A stretch of DNA of 64,000 nucleotides from Octopus bimaculoides (lineage: Eukaryota), in NCBI RefSeq assembly GCF_001194135.2, contig NC_068984.1, positions 73,633,390-73,697,389 on the forward strand. Direction: 5' to 3'. The notes below the pieces were generated by a model. That model was given only the letters and a program-made list of their open reading frames with translations, ran no database searches and was not told the DNA's origin. Shown here piece after piece: positions 12,825 through 25,818 of this stretch. Made by a program: the position numbers and the translations under genes. Every line of letters starts with the position of its first letter. Positions within the stretch are counted from its first letter, which is position 1.

Positions 12825-13310
12825 GGTTGGTTGGCTGGTTGGTTGATTAGATGGTTGGTTGGTTGGTTGGTTGGTTAAATGGTTGGTTGGCTGGTTGATT
12901 GGTTGGTTAGATGGATGGTTGGATGGTTGGTTGGTTGTTTGTTTGTTTGGTTGGTTGGTTGGTTGGTTGGTTGGTCAGTCGGTCGGTTGGTTAGTTGGTC
13001 AGTCGGTCGGTCGGTTGGTTGGTTGGTTGGATGGATGATTGTTTGGTTGGATGGATGGTTGGTTGGTTAGTTGGTTGGATGATTGTTTGGTTGGATGGAT
13101 GGCTGGTTGGTTGGTTGGTTGGATGATTGTTTGATTGGGTGGTTGGTTGGTTGGTTGGTTAGATGGATGTGTGAAGGCTGCTTGGTTGGATAATTAGATG
13201 GTTGGTTGTTTGCTTGCTTTGACAGGTGGATGTTTAGTTGGTTGATTGGTAGATTGGTTAATCGGTTCACTGATTGGCTGGATGGATGGATGATTGGTTG
13301 GTTGGTTGAT
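12825..13310. repeat. Degenerate (GGTT)n/(GGAT)n tetranucleotide satellite
   Basis: Direct inspection; abuts the 546-nt N-gap. Confidence 0.95.
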
Positions 13311-13449
13311 TATGAAATTATAAATGACATGTTTAATAACAGGCACATTAACAATTAGAACAACAAATTCAAAATGCCGTAATTATCGAAGTAATAATTT
13401 TTGTTGTCTATATTATTTCAAAACAAAATGTTATTTAATGTCAGTGTTG

Positions 13450-13481
<32 letters not shown>

Positions 13482-14747
13482 GGTGGTGGTATTGTTAGTA
13501 AAGTTTTTTGGGTTTTTTTTTTCTTTTTTTGTTTTTTTTCTTCTTTTTTTGGTGTTGAAGGTGGTGTTGCTACTGATGCAAAAAGCTTTTAATCTGTGAT
13601 AGTTTAAAAAATAGCAAAAAATATTGCTTTAATGTTCTTTTTTGGATTTCATATTTTTTTTAAATCTATCAATTCTTTTTCTTTTTTTGCTTTACTTCCT
13701 CTTCCTGCATCAACATCATCATCATTATTCTCATTCTCATTCTCATTCTCACCAACTTTATATAAATCATCATCATCGTCAGTGTCATTATCATTATCAA
13801 CAACAGTATCATCATCATCATCATTATTTCCACCACCATTTTCTCATCATCATTATCCTCATCATTTTCATGTAGAGGTGAAAAGTTTGATGAAAATAGG
13901 TTTTGCCATTGTTATCATCATCATCATCATCGTTTAACATCCGTTTTCCATGCTGGCATGGGTTGGACGGTTTGACTGAGGACTGGCAAGCCAGAAGGCT
14001 GTGCCAGGCTCTAATCTGATCTGGCAAGGTTTCTACAGCTGGATGCCCTTCCCAATGCCAACCACTCCGAGAGTGTAGTAGGTGCTTTTAACATACCACT
14101 GGCACAGGTGCCAGTCAGGCAGCCCTGGCATTGTTCACGTTCGGATAGTGCTTTTTACACACCACTGGCACAGGAGCCAGTCAGGGGGCACTGGCATCAG
14201 CCACGTTCGGATAGTGCTTTTTACATGCCACCAGCACACATCCTCATTTAATGCTCATTTTCCATGCTGGCATGGGTCGGACAATTTAAGAGGAGCTGGA
14301 CAGCTGGAGAGCTGCCCAGGTACCTATTCTTTGTTTTAGCATTGTTGCTATAGTTAAATACCCTTCTTAAAATCAACCACTTTACAGAGTGTACTGGGTG
14401 CTTCTTATGTAGCACGAGCTCAGGTTCTTTTTATGCGGCACCAGCACTGGTGCTTTTTATTATCATTTCCATCATCAATGTCATAGTCATTGTCATCGTC
14501 ATCATCATCACCACCACCACCATCACCCTGATGCAGAGATGAAATAGTTGCTGCAATAAGGGCACTGGGTATTGAACCTGGCTGTCAAAATATGAACAGA
14601 GGCTCAGCACTATTCTGTAACATGGAATTTCATTCTGGTTATCATTAAATGATTTGTAATCTTGTATTTTTTTTTTTGTATTTTCATGTTTTTGCCTTTT
14701 ATTCTTTTTTTTGTTCTTTTTTCTTTTTTTTTTTTAAACCTCTCCAG

Positions 14748-14844
14748 ATACTTCTGAGGAGATCATCTGCTGCCTTAGTTTTAAGTCTGAAATTCCTGTC
14801 TCATTTCGAGGATTAGTCAAATTCACAGACCAGCATGAGAATTG
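14748..14844 (+). CDS. CFAP47: CFAP47-like exon 4
   Basis: Long poly-T then ctccag|AT...TG|gtaagc; (D)TSEEIICCLSFKSEIPVSFRGLVKFTDQHEN; 97 nt. Confidence 0.88.
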
Positions 14845-15119
14845 GTAAGCCAATATTTTCTTTCATCATTAATTTGGATAATCAGTCAAACATATAAAGG
14901 AATTAACTACTCAAACCAATACCATGGGTTATGATGAACCAAGTAGGCTTTGATGTACTGAATGATGTGCTCTAAAAAGATTCTCTATCTTAAAATACAG
15001 CTGACCAACCATGTTTCCCTGACTATGGTGTGCTGATGAGGCCCAGTAAGTCAGAAACATGTCTGCTCATCATTAATTATATGAATGACTAGGCTAAGCA
15101 TCTCAGCAGTGATTCCTGA

Positions 15120-15620
15120 TGGGCCAGGGGCTTTCCCTGTCTTCATATCTTTAATTGGGTCTACATTTGGCAGACTGTCCTTCCCTCAATCATTTTCTAC
15201 ATTTAGCAGCCTTTCATATTGACATTTACAAGCTTCTTTCTTTGCAGAATCATTAAAAGCAAGTGAACCATCATCCACGTGGAACATTTCTTCTATGACA
15301 TCATGATTTTCTCTCACACTGTCTTGCAATACAAAACACTTGAAGTCTCTGGTCCTCACATCACAGTATATTGGCAAACTTCTTTTCTACTTTTCCCTAG
15401 GCTAAATACACCTGTCTCTTTGCTTCCTTTCTGGCTGTCTGATACAGTTCCATGCTACTACCACACTTACAGTCCTTCCAGGCCTGTTTCTTTTCTCTAA
15501 TGGCCTTGTCAACTACACTGTTCCACCACCATATCACCTTAGGTCAAGAAGGGGGTTTGTGCCAGCCACAAATTTGGTCAGTGGCCCTCAGCAGATTGTC
15601 CTGTAAGAACCACCAGTTGT
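15120..15620 (-). mobile_element. RTE-clade LINE fragment
   Basis: Minus-strand peptide VRENHDVIEEMFHVDDGSLAFNDSAKKEACKCQYERLLNVEN resembles the RTE inter-domain region before the RT; degenerate. Confidence 0.6.
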
Positions 15621-15699
15621 CCTCCATATCATATGTCGCTACACATCAAATTATAATCATTATCATTTCATTACTGCATGCAAATTAGGTGAGCAGGTA

Positions 15700-16600
15700 T
15701 TTTATTTTAAAGTTTGGCGACAAGTCTTCTCAAATCTCAAGAATTTTCTTGAGTTTCCTGCATAATTATAGGACAGTATGTTTCTGCAGGTTGACGATGC
15801 AAGTTTCAATTCCAATTTCTTTCAGTTTTTTAGGTTAGAATTTTGGGTGTTGTGCCAAGCACACCAATTACTATAGAAATAATTGTTGTCTTGGTCTTCC
15901 ACAGTCTCTTCAATTCTCTGGTTAGATCCTGATATTTTTCATTTCTTTCCATTTCTTTAGTACCAACTCTGCTGTTATAGGAAATGGTAAAAATCTATGA
16001 TCTTACATTGTTTGTTTATTTTTGTCCTCTATAGTCACAGCCAGTTTTCTTGCTTCAATGATATGGTCAGTGTTTATGGAGAAACCCCACAAGATCTTTT
16101 AATTCACATTTTCTGTCACAGCCTCTGTTTCATGTTCACACCATTTTTCTGTTGTATTGAAGTCACGCACTTGACCAACATCCCAATGTATGCTTTTACC
16201 TACACAGTCATGTCTGTGTTTATCCTCCTTTTGTGTTAGTATTTTGCACTCACGCAAAAGATGATTGATACTTTTGTCTCCTTTCCTACAGATTCTATAT
16301 TTGTTGTCTGACTGAGTTTTGTTGATCTTTACGTTTTATCAAATTTGTTCTAAGGGTTTGTTCCTAAGTGACTATAATTAGCATTTCTGTCTCTCATATC
16401 AAGTTCCTATCTGTCAACCAGGGCCAGTGATCTTTACTTTTAGCATTCTTGGTTTGTTGCATGACTTGGTAATGTAATTTCATTTCTTTGTTTATTTTGT
16501 TGTTCTTCTTTTTCTCCTTGAATTCTCTTACTGTTTCAGTCACTTTTTGGGTATCGCTGGCTGATATTATTCTTTCTTTACTCTACACAACATAATTTTT
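15700..16600 (-). mobile_element. R4/Dong-like RLE-encoding LINE, degenerate 3' part
   Basis: Remnant CCHC knuckle (CRKGDKSINHLLREC..RHD), KILWGFSINTDHII and EKYQDLTRELKRLWKTKTTIISIVIGVLG..LQK..KIL, with stops and frameshifts. Confidence 0.75.
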
Positions 16601-16770
16601 CAGACCCAGTATCACAGTATTAATAGATTATTGTTACTATTATTATTATCATTATTATTCAGTAGTTTTATTTTTACAATGTGCTTTCACTTCACTACCG
16701 AGCGCAGCTCTGTGTGCCTTGGGTATGTGCTGTGGTTTGCTGTGATGCTCTTATGGTTACTGTATTGAAA

Positions 16771-16805
<35 letters not shown>

Positions 16806-16822
16806 CGTTATTATTATTATTG

Positions 16823-16858
<36 letters not shown>

Positions 16859-17079
16859 GTATTTCTAAGGTAGCAAGCTGACAGAATCGTTAACATGCTG
16901 GGCAAAATGCTTAGCAGTATTTCGTCTCTAGCTACATTCTAAGTTCAAATTCCATCGAAGTCGACTTTGCTTTTCATCCTTTCAGGGTTGATAAATCAAG
17001 TACCAGTCAAATTCTGGGGTCGATGTGATTGACTTACCCCTCCCCACAAATTTCAGGCCTTGTGCCTGTAGTAGGAAGG

Positions 17080-17128
<49 letters not shown>

Positions 17129-18866
17129 GCATGCTGGACGAAATGCTTAGTGGTATTTCACCCATCGCTATGTTCTGAGTTCAAATATCGCCAAGATCAA
17201 CTTTGCTTTTCATCCTTTTGGGTTCAATAAATTAAGTACCAGCAAAACACTGAGGTTGATGTAACCAACTAGTCCCCTACCCTACAAATTTCAAGCCTTG
17301 TGTCTTTAGGAGAAAGGATTATTATTGTTATTATTATTTTTATTATTATTATTAAAGTAGGAAGCTAGAAGAATTGTTAGCATGCTGGGTGAAATGCTTA
17401 GCAGCATTTCGTCTGTCTTTAAATTCTGAGTTCAAATTCCACTAAGGTCAACTTTGCTTTTCATCCCTTCAGGTTCAATGAAATAAGTACCAGCTGAACC
17501 GGGCCATTTAAGAGTACCCTTCAATCATTGAGCAATAAACTGTGCTTGAAAAGACCTGTTGAGTCAAATGAAATCATTATCGTGGCCAATGCCAGTACTG
17601 CCTGACTGGCTTCCATGCCAGTGTCACATAAAAAGTACCATATGAACATGATCAATGCCAGTGCCGCCTGACTGGTCCCATGCTAGTGGCAAATAAAAAG
17701 CACCATTTGAGCACGGTCAATGCCAGTGCCGCCTGACTGGCCCTCATGCCAGTGGCATGTAAAAAGCATCAACTACACTCTCAGAGCAGTTGGTATTAGG
17801 AAGGACATCTAGCTGTAGAAACCTTACCAGATCAGATTGGAGCCTGGTGCAGCCTTCTGGCTTGCCAGTTCTCAGTCAAACCATCCAACCCATGCCATTA
17901 TGAAAAGTGGACGTTAAGTGATGATAATGATGATGAACCTTGAAGTTGATGTAACCTACTTTCCCTTCTCCCAAAATTGCTGGCCATATGTCAAAAAATT
18001 TGTTGTTGTTGTTGTTGTTGTTGTTATACAGGTGAGTTAGAAGGTTAATAGATAAGCAGTAAAATAGATGTATGTGCATATGTACAAACACAGCCAAATT
18101 AATCCAACACAATCTTGCCATCATCCAGCATTACAGATTTTTTCTTGATAAAAATAATTTTAAAAAAATAAAAAACAATGGCCATTTCCATGATTAAACA
18201 TTAATTTTCATCTAATTTACTGAATATGAATTAAAATTTTAATATTATGAAGCACCATGATAAATTTCGTTTCCTACTTTCACACATTAATAATGATCTA
18301 ATTGTTTACCTTTTTGTTGCTGCCATTGATGTATTTTTGTGTTGCTTTTTTTTTTTTTTTGGATACATTTGTTGTTGGTTTTTGTTGCTTTGTATTTTTA
18401 CGCTTGTGGTTGGAGTTGCAAGCATGTTGTTGCAGAAGTTGTTGCTATAGTCACTGGTTGTTGCTGTTGTTGTTTTTGCGGTTTTTGGCTTCTTTTTGCT
18501 TTGATAGTGGTTGTGGTGGGGGTGAGGGTGGGGTTGTTTGTTGTCATTATTGTTGTTGTTCTTTTATGCTTTTGGCTACACTTGTTATTGTCTTCAGCGT
18601 CATTTCTCTTTTATCTTTTATTATTTACTTGTTTCACGCATTAGNNNNNNNNNNNNNNNNNNNNNNNNNNNNNNNNNNNNNNNNNNNNNNNNNNNNNNNN
18701 NNNNNNNNNNNNNNNNNNNNNNNNNNNNNNNNNNNNNNNNNNNNNNNNNNNNNNNNNNNNNNNNNNNNNNNNNNNNNNNNNNNNNNNNNNNNNNNNNNNN
18801 NNNNNNNNNNNNNNNNNNNNNNNNNNNNNNNNNNNNNNNNNNNNNNNNNNNNNNNNNNNNNNNNNN

Positions 18867-18915
<49 letters not shown>

Positions 18916-21900
18916 CAGGCTTCTTTTAGTTTCCATCTACCAAATCTACTCACAATGCTTTGATTAGCCCAAGGCTATAGTAGAAGACACTCACCCTAGA
19001 TGCCATGCTGTAGAACTGAACCCATAACCATGTGGTTTGGAGTCAAGCTTCTCACCACACAGCCATGCCTGCACCTATTAATTAATTTTTTTTTTGTCTC
19101 CTATTGGGTGACAATAGAAGATGGAATATGCTAATCTAGTCTACCAGATGGGAAAATGAGGCAATGTTCATCATTATCATCATCATCATCATCATCATTA
19201 TCACCATCATTTAACCTCCATTTTTCCAAGCTAGCATGGTTTGGACAGTTCAGCAGGAGCTGACAAACCATAGGACTGCATCAGGCTCCGCTGTCTGCTT
19301 CGGTATGGTTTCTATGAATGTCCTTCTTAACACCAACCATTTTACAGAGTATGCTGGGTGTTTTTTATGTGGCACCAGCACCAGTGAGGTCAAAAAGTAA
19401 CTTACAAGGCAAGACACTCCACCCCCCCACCTCGACTGAGGGAAGGATTTACATTGACGGAGATGGTGTTGTGCCAGATGGTGAGAGATTAAAGTATAAT
19501 ACAGGAACAGAAAATGGTGTGGAGGAAATACATGACTACCCCATTTTGAAAAGAGACAGGAGAGGGAAGAGAGACAGAGAGGAGGTGATGGTAAAAATGT
19601 GCCATTGCTGTTGTTATTGTTGTTGTTGCCGTTGTTGGTGGCAGTGGTGGGAGCAGCAGCAGCGTTAGGTGGATCAATACGATGAGTACTTTTTGGCATC
19701 GTCTACTTGTAACATTCTGATTCTGTAACCAATTAGACACAACTAATTGATTAGCACGATCTGACCTTTCCATTGCTCCTTATCATCATCATCGTCGTCA
19801 TCGTCATCATCATCATCATTATCATCACTATCATCAATATCACTATCATTCCCACCACAACTACTGACAACACTATCATTGAAATCTCATCAGCATTCAT
19901 TATCATCATCATCATCATCATCATCGTTCTTGTTATCATCTTCATCATCATCATTATCATCATCATCAACATCATCACCACCATGGCCATCATCACCATC
20001 ATCGTGAGCACCATTGTTATCATACAGGTTTGATCTCTAAATTTATTGCTATGTTTATAGTAGTCACAAGATCGATAATTTTGAAGGGTGTGTAGGTATG
20101 ACAGTGTGTAACTCTTATCTTCATCTCCATTAGGTTGGAGTTGGCAGGGTGCATTTGTTATCTTAATCAGGTTGGAAAAAGTAGTGGCAACAGGATGTAA
20201 CATTTATATATATCCAGGCTGAGCAAGGGTGGGATATAACTGCTACTTTAATCAGGCCTACAATATTACTTATATATATATTAATAATCCTTTCTACTAT
20301 AGGCACAAGGCCTGACATTTGGTGTAAGGGAGATAGTCCATTACATTGACCACCTCCAATACTCAACTAGTACTTATTTCATTGACCCTTCCCCCCCCCC
20401 ACACCTCAAAGGATGTAAGGTAAAAATCAACTTTAGTGGAATTTGAACTCAAAACAGTGTGCTAATGACTTCTGCTAGTTCACCACCTTATATTTGTTAT
20501 TGGTTTAAAAGTTTTGGCACCAGGCAGCAATCCTGGCTGAGGAGTTAATTGATTATGTTAACCCCAGTTCTCAATTAGTACTTATTTCATTGACCCTAAA
20601 AGGATGTAAGACAAAATTGACCTCAGTGAAATTTGAACTCAGAACAAGGTGCTGATGTTTCTGGTAGCCCACCACCTTATATGTATTATTGGTTTCAAAT
20701 TTTGGCACAGGACCAGCAGTCCTGGGGGGAGGGGTTAATCGATTACATCAACTCCAGTGACCAACCTATTTTATCAAGCTCAAAAGAATGAAAGGGGAAG
20801 TCAACCTCAGCCAAATTTGAACTCAGAAGATGAGGATGGCAAAATTCCGTTAAGCATTCTCCCTGGTGTGCTAACAATTCTGCCAAATTACTGCCTTGTA
20901 TGTATTATCAATAATATATGTATTGATACTGTGTATCTTATAAGGGGTGAAAAAAGAAAAGTACCATCCGTTGCAGGATATGAACTCTAAATACTATATT
21001 AACTTTTTACCAATGTCCTACTTTCTCAGCCAGCTTCACCACTTTTTAGTGATATCTATCTTATCATGCCACACTGTGGTGAACACCTTAATGATAAAAT
21101 CTTTGGTGAGTCAAGACAACAACACTTATTTCAGGGTTTGGTTAATACAAATTTACTTCACTTGAATTCACCTGTAGTACCAATATTTTTAGGAAATGTT
21201 TGCTGTACATACAAATATAAAGGATATAAACCAAGCAGACTCAAGCAAGATAAGAAATAACTAGCTTTAGTTTTATCATTTACATTTCTAGTCATGGAGA
21301 CATATGGTTCAGTAGTTGGGGTGTTGGACTCATGGTTGTAAGATTGCGGTTTCGATTCCAGGACCAGGTGATGTGTTGTTTTCTTGAGCAAAACATTTCA
21401 CATTGCACTAGTCTACTCAGTAACCAAGAATGAGTAGAATGATAAATTTATGACAGGCCTGGCAAGCTGGTAATGGATGATGGCCTTGCCTAAAACAACA
21501 AACAGCAGACATGAAGTTGTGACAGACCTGGTGAGCTGGCGATGGGTGGTGGCCTTGCTTAAAAAAACAAACAGAAAGGAACTTCTAAACTGATGAACCA
21601 TAGGCCTACCCTGGAGTTGGGTATTACATTACCACTCATAATTTAGAAATATGACTGGTGACATGCAGCAATGGCCAATATATCCACCCTCTCAGCCATG
21701 CCATTGGTCTTTACCCACCTTTAGGTCTTCACAATAGGCTCTGTTGTTATTGGACCGTTATGGTATGTTTCCTAGGGATCTAAATACCTTTCCTCTACAT
21801 ACATCATGGAGTGAACCTTACTCCTAGCCACCACAAATTAATGATATATGCTTCTGCTTCTCATACATACATGCCAAAGATAATATTAATGGTATAATAA

Positions 21901-22725
21901 ACATTCACCTTGTGTACATTGTAAAGTTGTTGGTGATAGAATAGGCATGCATCAGAAAAGAAAGAATTATTTTTAATGCCTGAAAAGAAGGAGCATATGA
22001 GATATAGGCCTTGCCACAAGTTGGAGTGAAATTAACCTATTTAGAAGAGCTGCAAAACTGGTCTAGGTAGAGAGTACCTATGCAAGTAGATGGATAAAAT
22101 GTACCTAGTTCATGCTGTAAAATGGTTGACAATAGGAAGGGTCCCCAGCCATAAAATACCTGAAGCAGAAGACACACTCAATTGTCAATTTCTTATGCAA
22201 GTGTGTGTGTAAGAAGATGAAAGACCGCAGCAAGAGGCAAGATGCTGTCATCCAACTCATGCCAACATGGATAAAGAGATGTCAAATGATGATGATATGT
22301 GCATGAATATGTGTATGTATCCATTTGTGTGTATGGATGTAGACTACAAAACAAAATTGTCTTAGATAAATCCTCAAAATCCAAACACTAGCATAAATTC
22401 CATCTCCATCGTTTTTCCAGTCCTAACTTGTTTGAAGAGCCTGTAAACCCACAGGTGAAACTCAATACAGCAAGAGACTGACTCATCAAAAACAAAAATA
22501 TTATCAATCTCTTCTATGATATTGAGTAATCTTTCTTCTGACAGCAAACACTAAACATGTGTGTGTGTGTGTGTGTTTATAGATATTGAAAATAAACAGA
22601 AGAAAATTAACAAGCAGATGTTAAAAAATTAAAATATAAAGTTACAGATATATAATATGTTTTTTTAAGCTTTTGTTCATAAATTTTATTGTGTTTGTTT
22701 TTAATACTTCAAAATCTTAAATTAG

Positions 22726-22825
22726 TTTCCAGCTGACTGTCGTTGCTATCGCAGACAACTGCCTCCTAAGTTGCTATTCTTTCTTGGCTCATCACCAAAT
22801 GGATTACAAGATTATTTGTCAACCA
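22726..22825 (+). CDS. CFAP47: CFAP47-like exon 5
   Basis: attag|T...CCA|gtaagt; (C)FQLTVVAIADNCLLSCYSFLAHHQMDYKIICQP; 100 nt. Confidence 0.85.
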
Positions 22826-23375
22826 GTAAGTTCTCATTTTTTTATCTTCTGTGTTTTTGTTTTGTATCAAAGAAAGCTCGAATGAATATAGGGATTTGCT
22901 AAAGATCATACTCAAAAGACTGGTTCAGTCAGTGAAAGAAAACAACGCATCAGAATCACAATGCAGTTTTTGCTGGGATCAGAGCATAGGGCAAAGAAGA
23001 TCTGCATTACATGCTAGATTCTGAAGGAATACATTATTCTCTAAGATGAACATAAGTATGTCTTATAGTGCCTTAACCCTTTTGATACCAATCTGCCTAA
23101 GACTGCTCCTGATTCTATTATACAAACTTTCTTTTGAACAAACACCCAAGGGGTGGCTCTCGTATTCTTAGTTAAGCTCATACATACATACATGCCTTCA
23201 TACATATGCACACATACACATATGCATATATGCATGCGTTTCTCTCTCTCTCTTTATATATGTCTACAGGGATAAAGAGAAAGAGATGGATGCATGCAAA
23301 CACTTTTACATATTTACATACATGTGTATATAACATGCACATGTATGCATGTATGTATGTATGTGTGTATATATT

Positions 23376-23422
<47 letters not shown>

Positions 23423-23676
23423 GATGGTAGATTCTCTTGTCATGAACAACAAGTGAGAGTTCAGTAAAATAAAGTGTTAATCCTGTTCTATGGACATGAA
23501 TGTGTCTCTTGAGGCCTGCTGATACCTTGCAAACTTTTTGGCAAAATGAACAAGTTGAGGACTCAGTTTGCTTGAGTGCTTGTCAATCATTTACTATGTG
23601 TATATATATACATATGTGTGTGTGTGTGTAATATATATATATACATGCACATAAGTGCATACACATGCACATACAT

Positions 23677-23730
<54 letters not shown>

Positions 23731-24806
23731 TAGTCTTTAATTATCATGTCATGATTTCAACAAAGTAGTTGAGTGGTTGTGTGTGTATCTGTGTATGAGT
23801 GTAATCATGATAAAGAGGAGATATAGGGAAGTGCAGGAGCAAGTCAGTTAAAAGAGATAATCTGATTTTGTTTAATATTTTTCAATGACTTTAAAATGGT
23901 ACTTACTTTACCTTCATTTTAAAATTTAGAGGGTTTCTTCACCAAGAGAACAGTGACAGATTATGACTGATAAGAGGCTGAACAACACCGATTTTCCTTT
24001 TAGAAAGTGGGCTTTTTTGCTTTGTGATATATGATTTGTTAAGTACAAGTTTATGTGTGTTGAAGAAGTAATGAATCAAATGAGATATTTTATCTTCAAT
24101 GTTGACTTTAGATGTCTTCATGAAGAGTATGGGGATGAAGCAAAAGTGATATGACTCTAAGCAATTTGCAGACAGTAATTATTTTTCAGTTATTTCCAGA
24201 TAATTTTGGTTGATGATGTTGTTTGTGAAAGAACTCTGTGTGTGTGTGTGTGTATGTGTGTGTGTGTGTGAGTGTGTGTGTGTGTGAGTGCGTGTGTGTG
24301 TGTGTGTGTGTGCTTGCATGTTTGCATGTGTGTGTGTGCATATGTATTATGTGTGTTTGTAGGTGAGATAGTGAAAGAGCACAAGATGAGAACAAAAGAA
24401 TGAAAGACAAGTGAAAAAGGTAAAAAAAAAAAGGTTTAACAAAGGATCTTGTTAAATTAGTGCATGTGTGTCTCTATGCATGTATGTGTATGTGTGTGTA
24501 TATATACACACTAACATATCCTCAGTATCAAATATCATGCTATTTTAAAGGCAATAAGCTGAAATGTTATTTAACAAATGCATCAACATAACATATATTC
24601 CATATATGTCATGTCTAGTAAGAATAATTAAATTTTCATTGAAAAAACTTTGAAGGATTGAATCCAAAACGTAAAATAAATTGTTTAAATTTTTTAATGA
24701 GGTTGAAACAATAAAAAATTCTATGTTTAATTGTCAAAGATTTTCCATGTATTATTTTACTAAGTCACTGGTGAGCCTGCACCATCAAAAGTGACAACAA
24801 CTTAAA

Positions 24807-25026
24807 CCCCTCAGCATTCAGATTACTCTGTCAAATGTAATACTTATTTATTTACATTGTTTGAAATTAATCATGCTTTATATTGTAGCTTTGTGACTTC
24901 AATGATATAACTGTTTATTTTTAGAATGACATTGTAGGGTAGGTATAATAGGCTGGACCTGGCCCGTTTGAATCTAAAACAGGTGAAATATTTTGGCCTG
25001 GTATGGCCAGTTTAAATGATACAGGG
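24807..25026. mobile_element. piggyBac-like MITE (empty copy of the 37675-38333 family)
   Basis: TTAA-flanked CCC...GGG ends; internal sequence (cagattac..gtcaaatgtaa..gctttgagatttcaatg-like) shared with 37675-38333. Confidence 0.65.
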
Positions 25027-25634
25027 TTAAGGTTATTCCTATTCATGACTATTTCTTTCAGTCAGGATATAATTATGTGAGGACACTTAAATTTCCTGTA
25101 ACCATTACCAATAATGTTCTCAGTAACAGTCCTCGTTCATGATATAAAACGTATGTTTATTCACTAGTAACATATCATGAAGACAGAAGTGTTCTTCCAA
25201 CATCTCAAAAGAAGGGTCAAAGGTCATTCCAAACCATAGGCTCATAAGGCAAAATTCCAGGACTCTCTGGATCGATATTCCTTCCTTGGTTAAAACACTG
25301 GTCCATCACAAGCTCCGTTTGATCTACAACTGCAGTTTGGCCAAAGAGACGAGATGCAGGAAAGCACGTCGCACAAACGGTAACCACACCTGCTCACCTT
25401 CATCACAGCTGGATGTCCTTCCTAACACCAACTACTCAGCCCTTCCAAATGCCAACCACTTTACAGTAAGGACTGGGTGCTTTTAAGTGGCACCTGCACT
25501 GACAGGGTCACCAAGTTTATATATGTATATATAATATGCATACATTCACACACACACACATACATGATAAAAACACATGAATATACACATTAAATATGTC
25601 CATATATACGTATTTCCTAATTCTTTTCTGCCAG

Positions 25635-25818
25635 GGTACATCACTCAAAGGACCAAAGAGCAGTTCAAATGAAAGTGTTGATGCTGGAGAGGCCATTTGT
25701 GTGCCCTGTGACTCCTCATTGAATTCAATCAGTGAGAATAGTTCCAGTGTGGTGACTTCAATCATAGAAGAAAGCTCAGTATGTTCCTTTGAATCAGATC
25801 CATATGATCAATATTCCT
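25635..25818 (+). CDS. CFAP47: CFAP47-like exon 6 (Ser-rich linker)
   Basis: ttctgccag|GGT...T|gtaagc; GTSLKGPKSSSNESVDAGEAICVPCDSSLNSISENSSSVVTSIIEESSVCSFESDPYDQYS; 184 nt. Supported by splice sites and phase rather than by similarity. Confidence 0.75.

Noticed and set aside
14525-14560. CCCTGATGCAGAGATGAAATAG hammerhead-like string
   Set aside because: Core A9 missing and no stems.
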